Position numbers and translations under genes: made by a program
Notes under the pieces: model-generated
What the model was told of the DNA's origin: nothing
What the model saw: the letters and a program-made list of their open reading frames with translations, nothing else
Databases searched by the model: none
Shown: piece by piece, positions 13,243-25,559 of the stretch
How positions within the stretch are numbered: position 1 is the first letter of the stretch
Layout: each line of letters starts with the position of its first letter
DNA from: Camelus ferus
Lineage: Eukaryota
Reading direction: 5' to 3'
Length of the DNA: 64,000 nt
Assembly: GCF_009834535.1 (NCBI RefSeq)
Contig: NC_045697.1
Coordinates: 109,680,001-109,744,000, forward strand

Positions 13243-14025
13243 CAGAACCCTCCTGTTACACTGCTGATGGGAATGTAGTTTGGTGCAGCCATTATGGAAA
13301 ACAGTTTGAAGATTCTTCAAAAGACTAAAAATAGACTTACTGTGTGATCCAGCCATCCCACTCCAGGGCATGTATCTGGGGGGAACTCTAATTCAAAAAG
13401 ATACATGCACCCCAGTGCTCCTAGCAGCACTATATACAATAGCCAAGAATGGAAGCAACCTAAATGTCCAACAACAGATGACTGGATAAAGAAGTTGTGG
13501 TATATATATGTAAGGGAATACTACTCAGCCATATAAAATAATAAAATGATGCATTTTGCAGCAACATGGGTGGACCTGGAGATGGTCATTCTAAGTGAAG
13601 TAAGCCAGAAAGAGAAAGAATAACTTATATCTAGAATCTAAAAAAAAAAAAAAAAAGAGAGAGAGAGACACACACACACACAAATGAACTTATTTACAAA
13701 ACAGAAACAGACTCACAGACATAGAAAACAAACATGGTTTCCAGTGGGGAAAGGTGTTGGGAAGGGAGAAATTGGTGGTTCGAGCTGTGCAGATACTAAT
13801 TGCAGATACTAACTACTATTATAAAAGAGGTAAACAACAAGTTTCTTCTGTATAGCACAGGGAACTATTCAATACCTTATCGTAACCTACAATGAAAAAG
13901 AATATGAAATAGAATCTACGCATGTATATGGATGATAGAAATATTATACTGTACCCCTGAAATTGACACAACATTGTAAACTGACTCTGCTTCAACAAAA
14001 ATAAAGAAATAAATATGAAAAAAAT
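13243..14025 (+). mobile_element. Young 5'-truncated L1 3' end
   Basis: ggtgcagccattatggaaaacag...ggaagcaacctaaatgtcca...aaattgacacaacattgtaaactgact + A-rich tail; same family as 2329-3988. Confidence 0.9.
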
Positions 14026-15639
14026 TATCTTTTGATGAGAAAGTAGAGAATGAAGACTGGAGAGTGCTGTTAGATAAAATGGATCCTGTGAATTTCAGAG
14101 CACATAGACAGAACCTTTAAACAGTGGGTAACTTTGGGAAATATTGCCCCAAAAGTCTTATAAAATGTGTCCTTGTACCACAACTCATTTCTCAAGTTAT
14201 TTAGGAAAGGGAAGAAGAATTACATGTGTAATAGATGTGTAGTTTTTGTATCTTTGAACTTTTCTTTTTAGGCTGATCTCCTATTTGGGGATATTTTAGC
14301 CATTTATTAACAGGTCATGAATCATCAGGAAAGCCAGAAATCCCATGTTTTCTGATTGCTTGCTTTTTTCCCCCAATAATGGATGAACATTCATGTTTTC
14401 ATCTGCCTACCAAATAAATCTGATAGGTGAAAAATTCATCAAGAATACAGTTATGATTATCTCAAAAATAAATGAGCCATATATATACTTGAATCATTAC
14501 GCATCTACCACAGTGCAGTGTCTCGCACATAGTAACGCAGACAATAATAGTTCTCAAATGACTGAAATCTAAAAGTTGAACCAAGTGAGTGTTTCTGACA
14601 CTTATTGTATGTGTTGTTGAGCTGGAGGACATAGCCGTATTTCCAATGTTTTTGTGCAGTGTACTTTTGTAACTTGCTTCATTTGCATTTTTGTCTTAAC
14701 CCATGTTGCTGTTTGTTAAACAGTTTTTTTTTTTTTTACAGTGAACACTCAGGCCAGAAAAAAAAGAATACAGTTATGATTATTTCAAAAATAAATGAGT
14801 CATATATATATACTTGAATCATCATGCAAAAGAAAATAATAAAACAAAGTGAAAAATCAACCCCAAACCTACCCGCTCTGCCCTGGCATGTATCATTGGC
14901 TCATAGCTTTATCAAGGATGGGAACAAGGGGTGGATGGGGATGGAAGCTCCATAGAGAGGCATATATGGCAGGAGGCAGACACTAGAGTGTTACTTCTGC
15001 TACTTCCTCAAAACATGTCTGGCACTAACTACCTCTCCAGAGCTGGAGATCTCGCATCCCTTAATACGGGCAGGTGGCTTTTGCTTTGATTGGAGAGGGA
15101 GCATTCAGACAGATCAATTTCTTCCAAATTGTTTCTTTCCACGAGTTTTGGTTGTGTTGTACTTGCTTCCTATTTCTGATTCCTAAATCCTTGGTTTACT
15201 GTTTCTTTTGTCTTTTATCTTCTCTTTCTTTCTTTTTTTTTTCCTTTTCTAGGGTCTCTAGTTCCCTGTTTCAAATGTTTGAAATGAGTAATGGCCTTGG
15301 TATGTGAACATCCCTCTTCTGGTCCATGGGTGCCCTGTAGGAAGAGGGCTTTCCCATGTGTTTGTGGAATCATATGAGAAGCAGAGTTGAGAGGGGAATG
15401 AAAGGGATCACTGAAATCCCAGAGCTCAGGCAGGCAGTGGGCTGTATTGACTTTTGGTTCCAGAAGACCTTGAGGGGCTGTAGAGAGATCATGGCTGTGT
15501 GTTCAGGAAACTTTCAAACGAAATCAACAAAATGCCACCAGGTATAGGCTTCACACGGACACCACTAAAATTTTCAGATTGATGGGGACACTGCGTTGCT
15601 CTCCCATATTACCTGTCCTGATATTTCATGCAGCTTCTC

Positions 15640-15930
15640 ACCTGTCAATATGTAATTATCATCGTGGTTATTTATGTTCTTTCACTCTCTCATGTAATCG
15701 CCAAAAGAACAAGGACTAACTTCTGTGTCCCCAGCACTTAGACAGGGCCAGGCACCTAGCAGATGCCCAGTAAATGTTTGCTGAATAGATGAGTGCCACT
15801 CTGTTTCTACAACCCCTCGTGGACTGAATAGAAGACAGGATTTGTTGCCTGAAAGGCCTTGGTTTCAGCTCTGGCTCTGCCTCATATTAGCCACGCCACC
15901 TAACCCCTCTGAGCCTTACTTTACTCCTGT
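15640..15930 (+). mobile_element. L2 3' end followed by MIR relic
   Basis: gtgtccccagcacttagacagggccaggcacctagcagatgcccagtaaatgtttgctgaatagatga, then ggctctgcctc...taacccctctgagcct. Confidence 0.55.
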
Positions 15931-16479
15931 GTTTACTAGAGTTTCTCTGGAGGCTCCTAAAACAAAACAATGAAGCGTCTGGATGGACATTTTATGGATG
16001 GATGCCCTTCTCCTCTCAATGCTGGTTATTTTCATCCTCCCCTTCCTATCCCCTGCTTCCCCATGGCTACTCTTCAAATCATGGCTCTCTTGATCGGAAG
16101 GTTAGAGTGTAAGTGGGGAAAGAATGAACATTTTTTACAACGGTGATTCCTTTTCATTATAAAAATCTGCAGAAATGAAAAAGCACAACCGTCGAGCTCG
16201 TGAACCTTAGGTTTTTAGACTAGTGTTGCCCCAGAGCTGCCGCTGGATTGCTGAGAAGGGACAAAAGCAGGAACGCCCTCTGCAGAGCCCTCAAATCTCC
16301 GCCTTCCTGCAGGCTCCGCAGGGGTAGGGTCTGTGTGAGATGTGAGGCACCAGGCGGAGCTGTCGGAGGGGGGAGACGCTTTCTGAATCACTTAGGAAAC
16401 AGACACTTCAAACTGTGGGGAGGTGACAGCTCCCTTCCCAGTTCCTCCCACGAAGAAGACAAGACAGAAGACGAGGAGT

Positions 16480-17333
16480 TGGTAAAACAGGATGTCAAGT
16501 TTATATACAAGAATATATTGTTTATCTGAAATATTTACAGTGTTGGTTAAAGCAATATTTGTACAACTTTTTCAAGTCAACTACTATGTATATTACAGGG
16601 AAGCTACACTGGTTTAATTTGCAAAATTAAGGAAAAAGTGTTTTAAACAAAGCTTAAAGTACTCAGGTCAATGATAACATTTGTCTGCGTCGCCCTTTAT
16701 TTGAAGAACTCATGCTACGGTGGTTAATGTGGTTTTTATAAATGGAAATACTCTACCTGGAATAGCGATACGTACTGCAGTTGTCAGTTCCCGACAGGGA
16801 TGTAAAATGCCAAGTGAGCTGTTACAAGACGTAGGCGCTGAGTATCAGGCTGAAGCCGAAAGAGATGTTGAGATAACAGCCAGCTTTATCTCAACCGGGT
16901 TTTGGACCCACGACAGTTGGAACCACAGAGCAAAGCGGAGCTCTCTGCACGTTCCGGCAGCCTTGGAAAGTGAAAATCGGCTGACCCCAACCAAACCAAC
17001 CAACAAAGTCAAACCCAAGGCCCAGCTGCACCTAGGCGAAGCTAGTTTTGACATGAGCTATTTTAAAACGTCGTAGAAATAGCCATGATTTTATTAGTTG
17101 GAATATTTCTACATGATTTGGGTGGGTTTTTTTCCTTTATGTGAAAACAGCTCTCCATTGCTGATGCCTCTGAGGGCCTTACAACTCAGGACATGCCGGG
17201 GGTGCAAACGTGCAAAGGGCAGGGGGGCAGCTCCGGGCTGGGGCCGGAGCTGCAGGGACTGTGCCTGGGAAACGAGCGCTGAGGTCCCGGAGGAGACAGG
17301 GTAGGGCGGGCGGAGCCGGGCTGCGCGGGGAAC
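16480..17333 (-). other. SFRP2: SFRP2 3' UTR (distal end approximate)
   Basis: Repeat-free sequence after the stop. AATAAA on the minus strand at 17095-17090 and 16701-16696; a TATAAA variant at 16505-16500 is followed by a U/GU-rich downstream tract. Confidence 0.7.
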
Positions 17334-17560
17334 CTAGCACTGCAGCTTGCGGATGCTGCGGGAGATGCGCTTGAACTCTCTCTGCCCCTTCTGCCACCGC
17401 TTCACCGAGGTGATGACCAGCTCCCCGCCCAGTTTCTGTCCCATGACCAGATAGGGCGCGTTGATGTCGTTCATCTCCTCGCAGGTGCATTGCAAGCTGT
17501 CCTTGAGCCACAGCACCGATTTCTTCAGGTCCCTTTCGGACACACCGTTCAGCTTGTAGA
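17190..17560. promoter_or_regulatory. Intragenic CpG-rich patch over SFRP2 exon 3 and stop codon
   Basis: Local high CpG/GC extending into the proximal 3' UTR. Confidence 0.5.
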
Positions 17561-17638
17561 TGGTCTTGCTCTTGGTCTCCAGGATGATTTTGGTGTCTCT
17601 GTTGATGTAGGTGATCTCCTTCACTTTTATTTTCAGTG
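17334..17638 (-). CDS. SFRP2: SFRP2 coding exon 3: NTR domain C-terminus and TAG stop (305 nt)
   Basis: Acceptor tcttcgtag|CA CTG AAA; translation (A)LKIKVKEITYINRDTKIILETKSKT...KRISRSIRKLQC*. Total CDS 499+81+305=885 nt = 294 aa + stop. Confidence 0.98.
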
Positions 17639-20600
17639 CTACGAAGACAAGAGGGGACAGAATTACAGTTATAATGAGGGAACACATCCTGCTGCATGTT
17701 TGTGGGACTCGGCTCCGGGCAGGGAAAACAGCCCACCGCCCCTGGGCTAATGAGACTGTCAGGGGCTGCAGGTAGGGGTTTGGGAGCCCAGGGCAGCAGG
17801 TGGCTCCGGTTCTAAAGCCTCAAAGGCTCTGCCAGGCACTTTGTTTCAAATCCGCCATCTTTTAAAGACTTTGCGGGACTCAACTGACTCTTTTTCCCCC
17901 TTCGCCCTTGTGTTCCTGTGTTTGTATGCAGGCTGCATGTGGTTTGTGCTCTCCTCCACAAACGACTTCCCCTATTGGAAACTTCAGCATGAAAAAGAAA
18001 TGCCTGACTCTAAGGTGAAACACAATCCTTCTGTGGCTGTAAACTTTAAACTCAATTTATATTGTCGGAGAGGTTTTTGGACAAACCTGTAAGAGAATTA
18101 TATCACACAATCATTGTTTTCTAAAGAACAGACTACAGGGACGGAGCACTGATCTTACAGCTGCATTTGATTTGGTAAAGTAACTAGGAGGAAAAAATAT
18201 CCAAGACTTTTTAAGAGCACAACATGTTTAGCTGTAAAAGTGTTTTTCTGAAGACCTCATCCTCAGATACTATCATTTGCCCGTCCAAGGCCAAGGCGTT
18301 TACAGCTCATATATGTCCTGTTTCCAAAAGGGGTATGTAGGCTCATTAGAATGCTAAGACCAAAAGTAAGTGGTTTACTATAAAAGACACATTTTATGGT
18401 CATGAACAGTATGCTTTGGGAAAGAAAACCCTCCAAACATACATGCTGGAATTAAATTTCAAGACTCCATGAAGGCAGGGAAAGGATCGAATTTTAAGGT
18501 TCGAAGGAATCATTCAATTAAAATCTCTTGTTGATATATGAAGTGCCTGAAAGCCAGAGAAGTTTAGTGACTCATAGGAGGTCACCAAGTTAGGTTGTGT
18601 CCTGGCTGAGTCTAGTTCTCAGAACTCTGCTCCCCAGATTTCCTCCACTAACTTCTGTGGTCTCTGAAGGCAGAGTATCAGATTTCTTGTCCTGGTTGGC
18701 GCATTAACACACGAAACTGTAATGTGTCCTAAGACCCTTGGTGACATTAACAGTTGTTCCCTATAGATGATATGCAGGTGTGACCTTCCTGACGGATGGA
18801 GTTTAATGCATTGTTTAAATTAGTAACAGAGGAAGAGGGTTTTGTGTGGGTATCACTGCTCTGGGGATTTCTTTTTCTTTCTTTTTTTTTTTTTTTTTTT
18901 CTATTTCAGAAAGAGAATCTGACTAAGCATGGCTTTTCCAGTCCAGCAGGCAATGACTGATGCTCAACCAGGTAAACCAAGGATGCTGTGACTTGGCCAG
19001 CCATTATTTTATCTGATACGCATCTGAGCTGCAGTACCGAGTTCTCAGAGTTTATCATGAGATAAGTCCCATGGAAATATCACATGTTCCTACAGCCTCT
19101 GCCTAAGGGCTGGGAATGGGGAAGATGTACGGTGGGAGAAGTGATTATAAGGCTACCTGGGAGCCTCGCCTATAGCCTGCGTGAGATTTCACCTGGTCAA
19201 ACAAGACATTCTTGAGCTCCAGACATGAGAAAAATCACCCCTTTTAACCAGGGGGGAGGATTTCAGGAGAAGATGAGAATAGGGAGAATCAAAGCGCTCA
19301 GATAGCTTCCTGCGTGGGAAGATGTGAACGCGGATGCAGGATGCGGCAGGAGGCGGAGGTGATGATACTACCTGCTCCAACAGAAGGTTACCTACATAGG
19401 CTGGTAGTTCTGGGCTATTCTTTCTTTGCCAGTGCTTTTATCACTAGAATAAGGAGGTGTTCCACATGCTCCCTGTACTTCAGAAGCGCACGGAGGAAGG
19501 GTGTCACGCTTTTGTGGGTGATTCAAGTTAAATGCATCAGATTTCTACTTTTGTTCCTATTACCTTTTTAGGACTCCTCCAAAGTACAGAGGCGATGTGG
19601 GAAACCGCTTATACATCCTACGTGATGCACCCCCTCCAGTTTAGGTTTATTATCCCCTTTGGGACAAAATGAATGTGGAGAACACAAAGCTTGTGAGGTA
19701 TCTGCATGTGTGATACCTTAAATGTAACGACTTCTACGTCGTTTTGAAAGGCTTTCTCCTCTAAGGAGAGACGGCATGAGGACACACACTCACACACTTT
19801 TTTTTTTTTTTTTTTTTTTTGGCCCAGGTCATGATATAGCATCCTTAGGAAGGAGATCTTCTGTAAGGAAAGCCACAAAGCCAGTAGGTAGTGTATGTGT
19901 GTGAGTGTGTGTGTGTGTATGCGCGTGCCCTAATTTCAACTGTTTTGGAGCCCCATGATATAACCAACTTTTTCATGGAAGCCAGGAGAGAGATCTGTAT
20001 TAAATCTACTGCAAAGCCCATAAGCTGCTTAAAGGAAATGATATTTTATATACATTTTACTAAAATTATATATATTGTTTTACCCTCAATAAAATCTTGT
20101 AGCATGGAAGCTAAGCACTGGGTTCAGAAAGGCTCTGGAGATTTGGGATTGCTGCTGCCAATGTTTCTGGCCCTTCCTTACTTTGAGAGCTGTATGTTTT
20201 TGAATGTAGACACATGAAACCCTATGATCCAGCTGTGGCTCTTGCTGAGGGGAAGGACTGGCTGGGACTTAGAGCTGCCTCCTTCCTTCTTCCCTTCCTC
20301 AGCAGGATGAAGCTTCCCCTACAGCAATGGCAATCCCGGACCAGCTAAGGTTAACCCAGGACACCTCCTGGCAGAGATCTGGGGTTGTAAGGATGGGAAC
20401 GGGTTGTTCCCAGAGTTTTAGGGACCTGGCCAGGCCTGAGACCTCTGGGCTCGGAACCTGGAAGGCGAGTGGTTGCTCTCAGACTCTAGAACTTAGTCGA
20501 GAATGTGGAAATGCTCGTATAGATTAGAGTCTGTTAGTGTTTGATAGAACAGGGACCATCTCTGTTCACCAATAAGGTCAACCTTCTGCCTGAATAAACA

Positions 20601-21517
20601 CTTTTAAAGGGCACCAACCTCTCAAACACACCAAAAAGTGCCTACTCTTGGAATGGGATGGAAACAAGAGAGTCGCAGGAGTCTGGGTGAAGTTCCTGGC
20701 CACCCCAACTCGGAATTTAATGCTGATCCTGTGTCTAGGTGGCCCCTCCCCTCGGAGGCCTGAGGATGGCAGATAAGGTGCTGCTAGAGCTCCGGGTGGA
20801 CAGTCTCTAACCCTCTTTCTCTTATAGTACTGACTTATAATCCACAGAATTGGATCACATATCACACACATTATTTACTGTCCCCAAGCACCATGTCATC
20901 ACAGCACCTTTCACGTATCTTGCCAAAAGTAAATTGCTAGCTTTATTTTTTCTTCTTTTTAAATGTAAGAACACTCTCCCCGCCAGATTACTAACCAGTA
21001 CCTTGGATATATACACTGATGGTAGAACACAGAGAAGCAAAGCCTCATGAGTTATGAATAAAGTAAAAAGATTTCTGTTTGGCACTGTAGTAAATTTTTA
21101 TTTTTGGTCAACTTAATGCCTGGAATCTGTTTGTCTGGGGTTAATATTTACATGTTTCCTTCCCTAGTACATATGTTAAGTGACTTAAAGAGAACACGGC
21201 CCAGGATTATGCTTGTTGGCAAGAAAAAGCCAAAGTGAAATGAAGAAAGTGCCATTGAAAATTCATAATTTGAACCATTCTCATTATCTGATTATTGCTG
21301 AACAGGAACAATGAATGTCACCTAAAAAGATACAACTCAGTGCAAGATAGTTACATAGGGAAGAAACTAGCAAGTTAGATGATTTTAGGAGAGATAAGCC
21401 GTGATGATATTTTTACCCTTTATTTAGTCACATCTTAATGAATTGTACCGTTAGGTTGTGCTGCGAAATAAAACTTCTGAATGTGAACTGTTTCGTTGGT
21501 GGTGGTGTGTTACTTAC

Positions 21518-21598
21518 CAAAATCATTTTTACAAAGAGTTTCCATTATGTCGTTGTCATCCTCGTTTTTATTTTTGCAGGCGTCGCATACCTTTGGAG
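21518..21598 (-). CDS. SFRP2: SFRP2 coding exon 2 (81 nt), start of NTR domain
   Basis: Not in the ORF track; read by hand as tttctag|CT CCA AAG GTA TGC GAC GCC TGC...AAT GAT TTT G|gtaagt = (A)PKVCDACKNKNEDDNDIMETLCKNDF. Phase 1-1 joins exons 1 and 3 in frame. Confidence 0.97.
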
Positions 21599-23974
21599 CT
21601 AGAAACGTGACAAATTAGTAAGTTTCCTTAAAGGGGAACAGCAGGTGGCATTTGTAAACAACTCACAGGGGCTCATCCAGGCAAGAGCAGCAACTGTCTT
21701 TCCTGTAAGACCCCAGCTTCCGTCTCCCTTACAAAAGAAGGAACACCCATTCCTAAGAAAGTCTCCCATGTCTCCCATTTTTTGATGGGCAAAGCTGCCC
21801 ACTTGCTGTGCTTAATACATGATGAATCCCCAGGCAACGGGCGCTGTGTAGCTACAGGTAACTGGGCCAGCCTGCAGCTTTGAGCTCTTCCTCCCAGTCT
21901 GGGGACAAAGTCAGTCTCTGCAAAAGTAGGTCCCAAAGCCTCTCTGAGGAGAAAGCTCTAAAAGGCCCTTGAGGGATTTTGGAAAACGAGCAGCCACAAA
22001 CTCCGGCCAAAGGATCATCTTTCTCAGCTGCAGGCCACCAGGGCCGCCTGGCCTCGGCTGGGCTCTCAGCTGAGCTCTGTTTCTCGGGGGAGTCATTTCA
22101 AGGTATTTCCAACTCGCGGACACGGAGAGGTGGCTGGCGTAAGGATCACATCTGGGCTCTTTCCACCTGGAAGCACACCTCGCTAACCACTACAACCTGC
22201 TCTCACTGGTGCCATCACCTCGTGCTTTCTGCAAAGTTTGTGCTTGAGTTAAGCAGCCTTTCTTTCACTGTTAGCTTCCTCCCTGCTGCTGGTTCTTCTT
22301 GCCTCTCTTTGCCTGTTTCAGACTCTCAGAAATAAACAAAACAACAACAAAACCCAAACAAACAGAAAACTCAAAGCTTTTCCTGAAGCCAACGAAAGTT
22401 AATTGTCTCTGGGGTCTAACCGAACCTAGGAATGTGAGCAATTATCAGAGAGCCTGCTAAAGGCTCTTTCAGAAGAGTCTGATTTCTTGGGAAAAAGGAA
22501 AAGCAGAAAATATTCATTTTCTCCCATTTATAATGTAGTCAGGCTGTCTCTAACATTTAGGTGAAATTCGATTTTCCTTAATATGAAATTGAATTTTCAC
22601 AGGAAAACAAACTATGTGACTCATTATAGAAGTTATTTATCAAATTAGAGAAAGTGCAGAGCGGATTTTGAAGAACATGAACTTTTATTTTTAAGGGGAA
22701 ATGGCTTTTTGGAGAAATATAGTGTATCATGCTTGGTGCTGATCGTGAAAAATAAAAACAAAAGCAACACACATAAAACTGCCCTCAACTCCCCTCTCTC
22801 AAACAAAATGAAACTTTTCCAATTAGGAGCTCTAGGAATGTATATAAAATGTTACTAACCTGTATTGGTTGGTCTGTGGTATATGTTGGACAAATGTTTG
22901 AAATATGCCAAACATTTGCAATAAATTAGAAATCTAGCCAATAAGATGATTGCACACTCGCGGTGCCTGCCAGGAAAGATTGCTGAGCAACTTTGCATTT
23001 TCTTTAACTAATGATGGCTGTAGGAAAACAATTAGAGATTGAAAGGGAGATGCTGCTGGAGCCCTGAAGGGGATTAGGAAGCCCCCTTTCCATTGGGTGA
23101 GGGGGGGATGTAAATCAGTTCAGACACAATGTATATGTTTTCCTTTCAGGAAGAATATCAAGAGCCCATGAGGTTTTCATTGCTTTGATGGTTTTTGTGC
23201 AGGAACTCCCCCTCTGTTTTCTAAAACACTTGGGAAACTCTCTTTTGCACGATTTTCTCCAGTTAATTAAAACCACTCCTACGATAAAAGCTGATCAGTG
23301 ATAGAAAAATGATTCCTGGAGATTCCCTTTGTGCCCTCTTTCTTGGGCACCTGAGCAGTTACATACAATCAAAGCGCAATTTTCAACACGCATGAGCCAG
23401 TCTGGATTTTTATTTTCAAAGCTGAAATCGGCAAAGAGCAGAGTGCCTTAAAACACCATCTGAGCATTTTGGCTATCCTGCCTGTAGGGAATGTTCCTGC
23501 GCCTAGAATCCTGCCCAGTGGTAAGAACGTGCTGCCTGAGACTCAGGCCAGGATGCTCTGGCCAGGGTGCTCACCGCCAACTCCTCCACGCAGGACTCTT
23601 TCCAGCACTCTCCGTTGTGGCCCCCATGCTAGCAGCTTTAAAAATAATTGTACATGTATCTACAAGGGAAAGACCTCTTTTAGTTCTACGTTTTCTCTGC
23701 CCCTCCCTTTTAAAAACTGTCCCTAAGAAAGAGCAACGGGTATAACTCGGGAAGAGAATAAGAGACTTGGGTGTGTGTTGCAGAGGGGAGCAGGGTAATC
23801 TCAAATTTGTCACCAGATAACACACCAGGGCAAGGAGAGCGTCTGCCCCGCCCGGGACTGGCACCCCAGGCGGGAAAGCTTTGGGATGTGGGGCGGGCGG
23901 GGGCCGTGAGAACACCCCCGAAAAGCCTTAGCAGAGCTGGCCGGGGAGGGGCGAGGATAAGGAGGAGGGCTTAC

Positions 23975-24473
23975 CTTCCTCGGTGGCCGGCAGGAGGTGA
24001 TCGCTGCTAGCGAGGGGGATGCAGAGGTCGTTGTCCTGGGGGAAACGGTCGCACTCGAGCATGTCGGGCCAGGGGAAGCCGAAGGCGGACATGACTGGAG
24101 CGCAGCGGTCCTTCACCTGCACGCAGAGCGAGTGGCACGGCTGGATGGTTTCGTCCAGGTCATCGAGGCAGACGGGGGCGAAGAGCGAGCACAGGAACTT
24201 CTTGGTGTCCGGGTGGCACTGCTTCATGACCAGCGGGATCCAGGCGCCCGCTTGCTCCAGCACCTCCTTCATGGTCTCGTGGCCCAGCAGGTTGGGCAGC
24301 CGCATGTTCTGGTACTCTATGCCGTGGCACAGCTGCAGGTTGGCCGGGATGGGCTTGCAGTTGCTGCGCTTGTACGAGAAGTCGGACTGGCCGAAGAAGA
24401 GCCCGCGCGCGGAGCCCAGGCAGCAGTGCGAGGCGAGGACCAGCAGCAGCAGCGAGCCGGGGCCCTGCGGCAT
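23975..24473 (-). CDS. SFRP2: SFRP2 coding exon 1: signal peptide + Frizzled cysteine-rich domain (499 nt)
   Basis: Translation MPQGPGSLLLLVLASHCCLGSARG...CKPIPANLQLCHGIEYQNMRLPNLLGHET...CDRFPQDNDLCIPLASSDHLLPATEE matches SFRP2. Start context is ACGATG (A at -3); donor GAAG|gtaag lies at 23975/23974. Confidence 0.98.
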
Positions 24474-24720
24474 CGTGGGCGCGCGACCCCCGGGGGGCGG
24501 AGGGAGCCGAGCCGGGGAAGCACGAGGCGGCCGGGGCCCGAGCTCGTCCCGGACCCGCTCGCTGCGCTGGAAAGCGGGCGGCGGGACGGCGGGAGCGCCG
24601 AGACGCCGGGTGCGGGGAGGACGACGCGGGCGAGGCGCTCTGAGCTAGACTCCGCGCTACAAGCCCGCGCGCAGCTCCGGGGGGCTCCGACCCGGGGGAG
24701 CAGAGTGATCCGCTGCTGGG
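24474..24720 (-). other. SFRP2: SFRP2 5' UTR (TSS approximate)
   Basis: GC-rich with no upstream ATG. Inr-like TCACTCT at 24708-24702; TATA-like CATAAAAAA at 24752-24744. Confidence 0.6.
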
Positions 24721-25559
24721 GCCCAGCCAGAGTTTTCTTGGCCTTTTTTATGCAAATCCGGAGTTGGGGAGGGGAGCAAGGGAGGAGCCAGTGGAGAGTA
24801 ATCCGAGGAGGGTTGGTCACTACTCTCTTGATCTGGTTTTGCGTTGAGAATGCCCCTCACGCACTCCCTGGAAAGAAATTCTGGCTGCGTCCTCCGGCCC
24901 CCCCTTCCCCCCGCCCCGCCGCCCCCGATGCTGCCGGGCTCGCGCTCTGGGACGCTGTAAACAACGAACAGACAAGCCTGGCAGCTGCTCCCCAACAACG
25001 AGCGGGCTGCGAGAGACAGGGGGACACGGGGGGCGCGATGAGCGGCCTTGTCGCCAGGTCCGGGAGGGAACGCACTCCGCCCCCGGGAGGCCCGGGTCGG
25101 GGTTGGTTTGACTCCAGCCTTCAGTCTCTGCTTGGGCCCCGGGGCTGCGGGGCAGAACAGCGTTCCCGGGAGCCGCGAGCCAGCAGCCGGCCTGCTGGCT
25201 CTTTGTGCCCTTGGCTCGCGCCCGGGACCTGCCAGCCCGTGGCCGCCTCGGCGAGGTTGGATGGTTTCCTCTCGCATCCCCGGCCACAGTTCCCAGCCTT
25301 GTCCTTCCCGTACGGCGTGCTCCCGCCCGCTCTTTTAAAAATCAGAATGTCTACAAATAGAGTCGTATGAGTAAAACTTTTGCATGAAAAATGAACTATC
25401 AATCAAACGTTGCGGGTGTTATTCTGTTGGGTAAGTCTAGAAAATTATGCTATTGAGGAAATGCCTCTACGGAGTCTCGTAGTGTCACACAACTGCCCAC
25501 CATTTCCCGGTTTGGGAGAAGAAACCTGCCTCCCTTCTTAAACGAATGGGATGGGATGA

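Larger units (their letters stand above)
23840..25330. promoter_or_regulatory. SFRP2 promoter/exon 1 CpG island
   Basis: Very high GC and CpG density by eye, GC boxes (GGGGCGGGG on the minus strand near 24910-24918), octamer and TATA-like motifs. Confidence 0.9.

Noticed and set aside
17179..17736. 185-aa alternative-frame ORF over exon 3, and the intronic N-terminus of the 117-aa ORF
   Set aside because: Both begin in intron 2 and overlap a GC-rich real exon; the true acceptor is at 17638.
23928..23974. In-frame read-through of exon 1 into intron 1 (181-aa CRD-only product)
   Set aside because: A strong GTAAG donor is present and there is no evidence of retention. A short run to the next stop is expected by chance.
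23997..25370. 457-aa + strand ORF antisense to SFRP2 exon 1 and promoter
   Set aside because: GTG start, low-complexity Gly/Arg/Ala/Pro content and no recognisable domain. Explained by stop-codon scarcity in a CpG island and by being the antisense shadow of a real exon.
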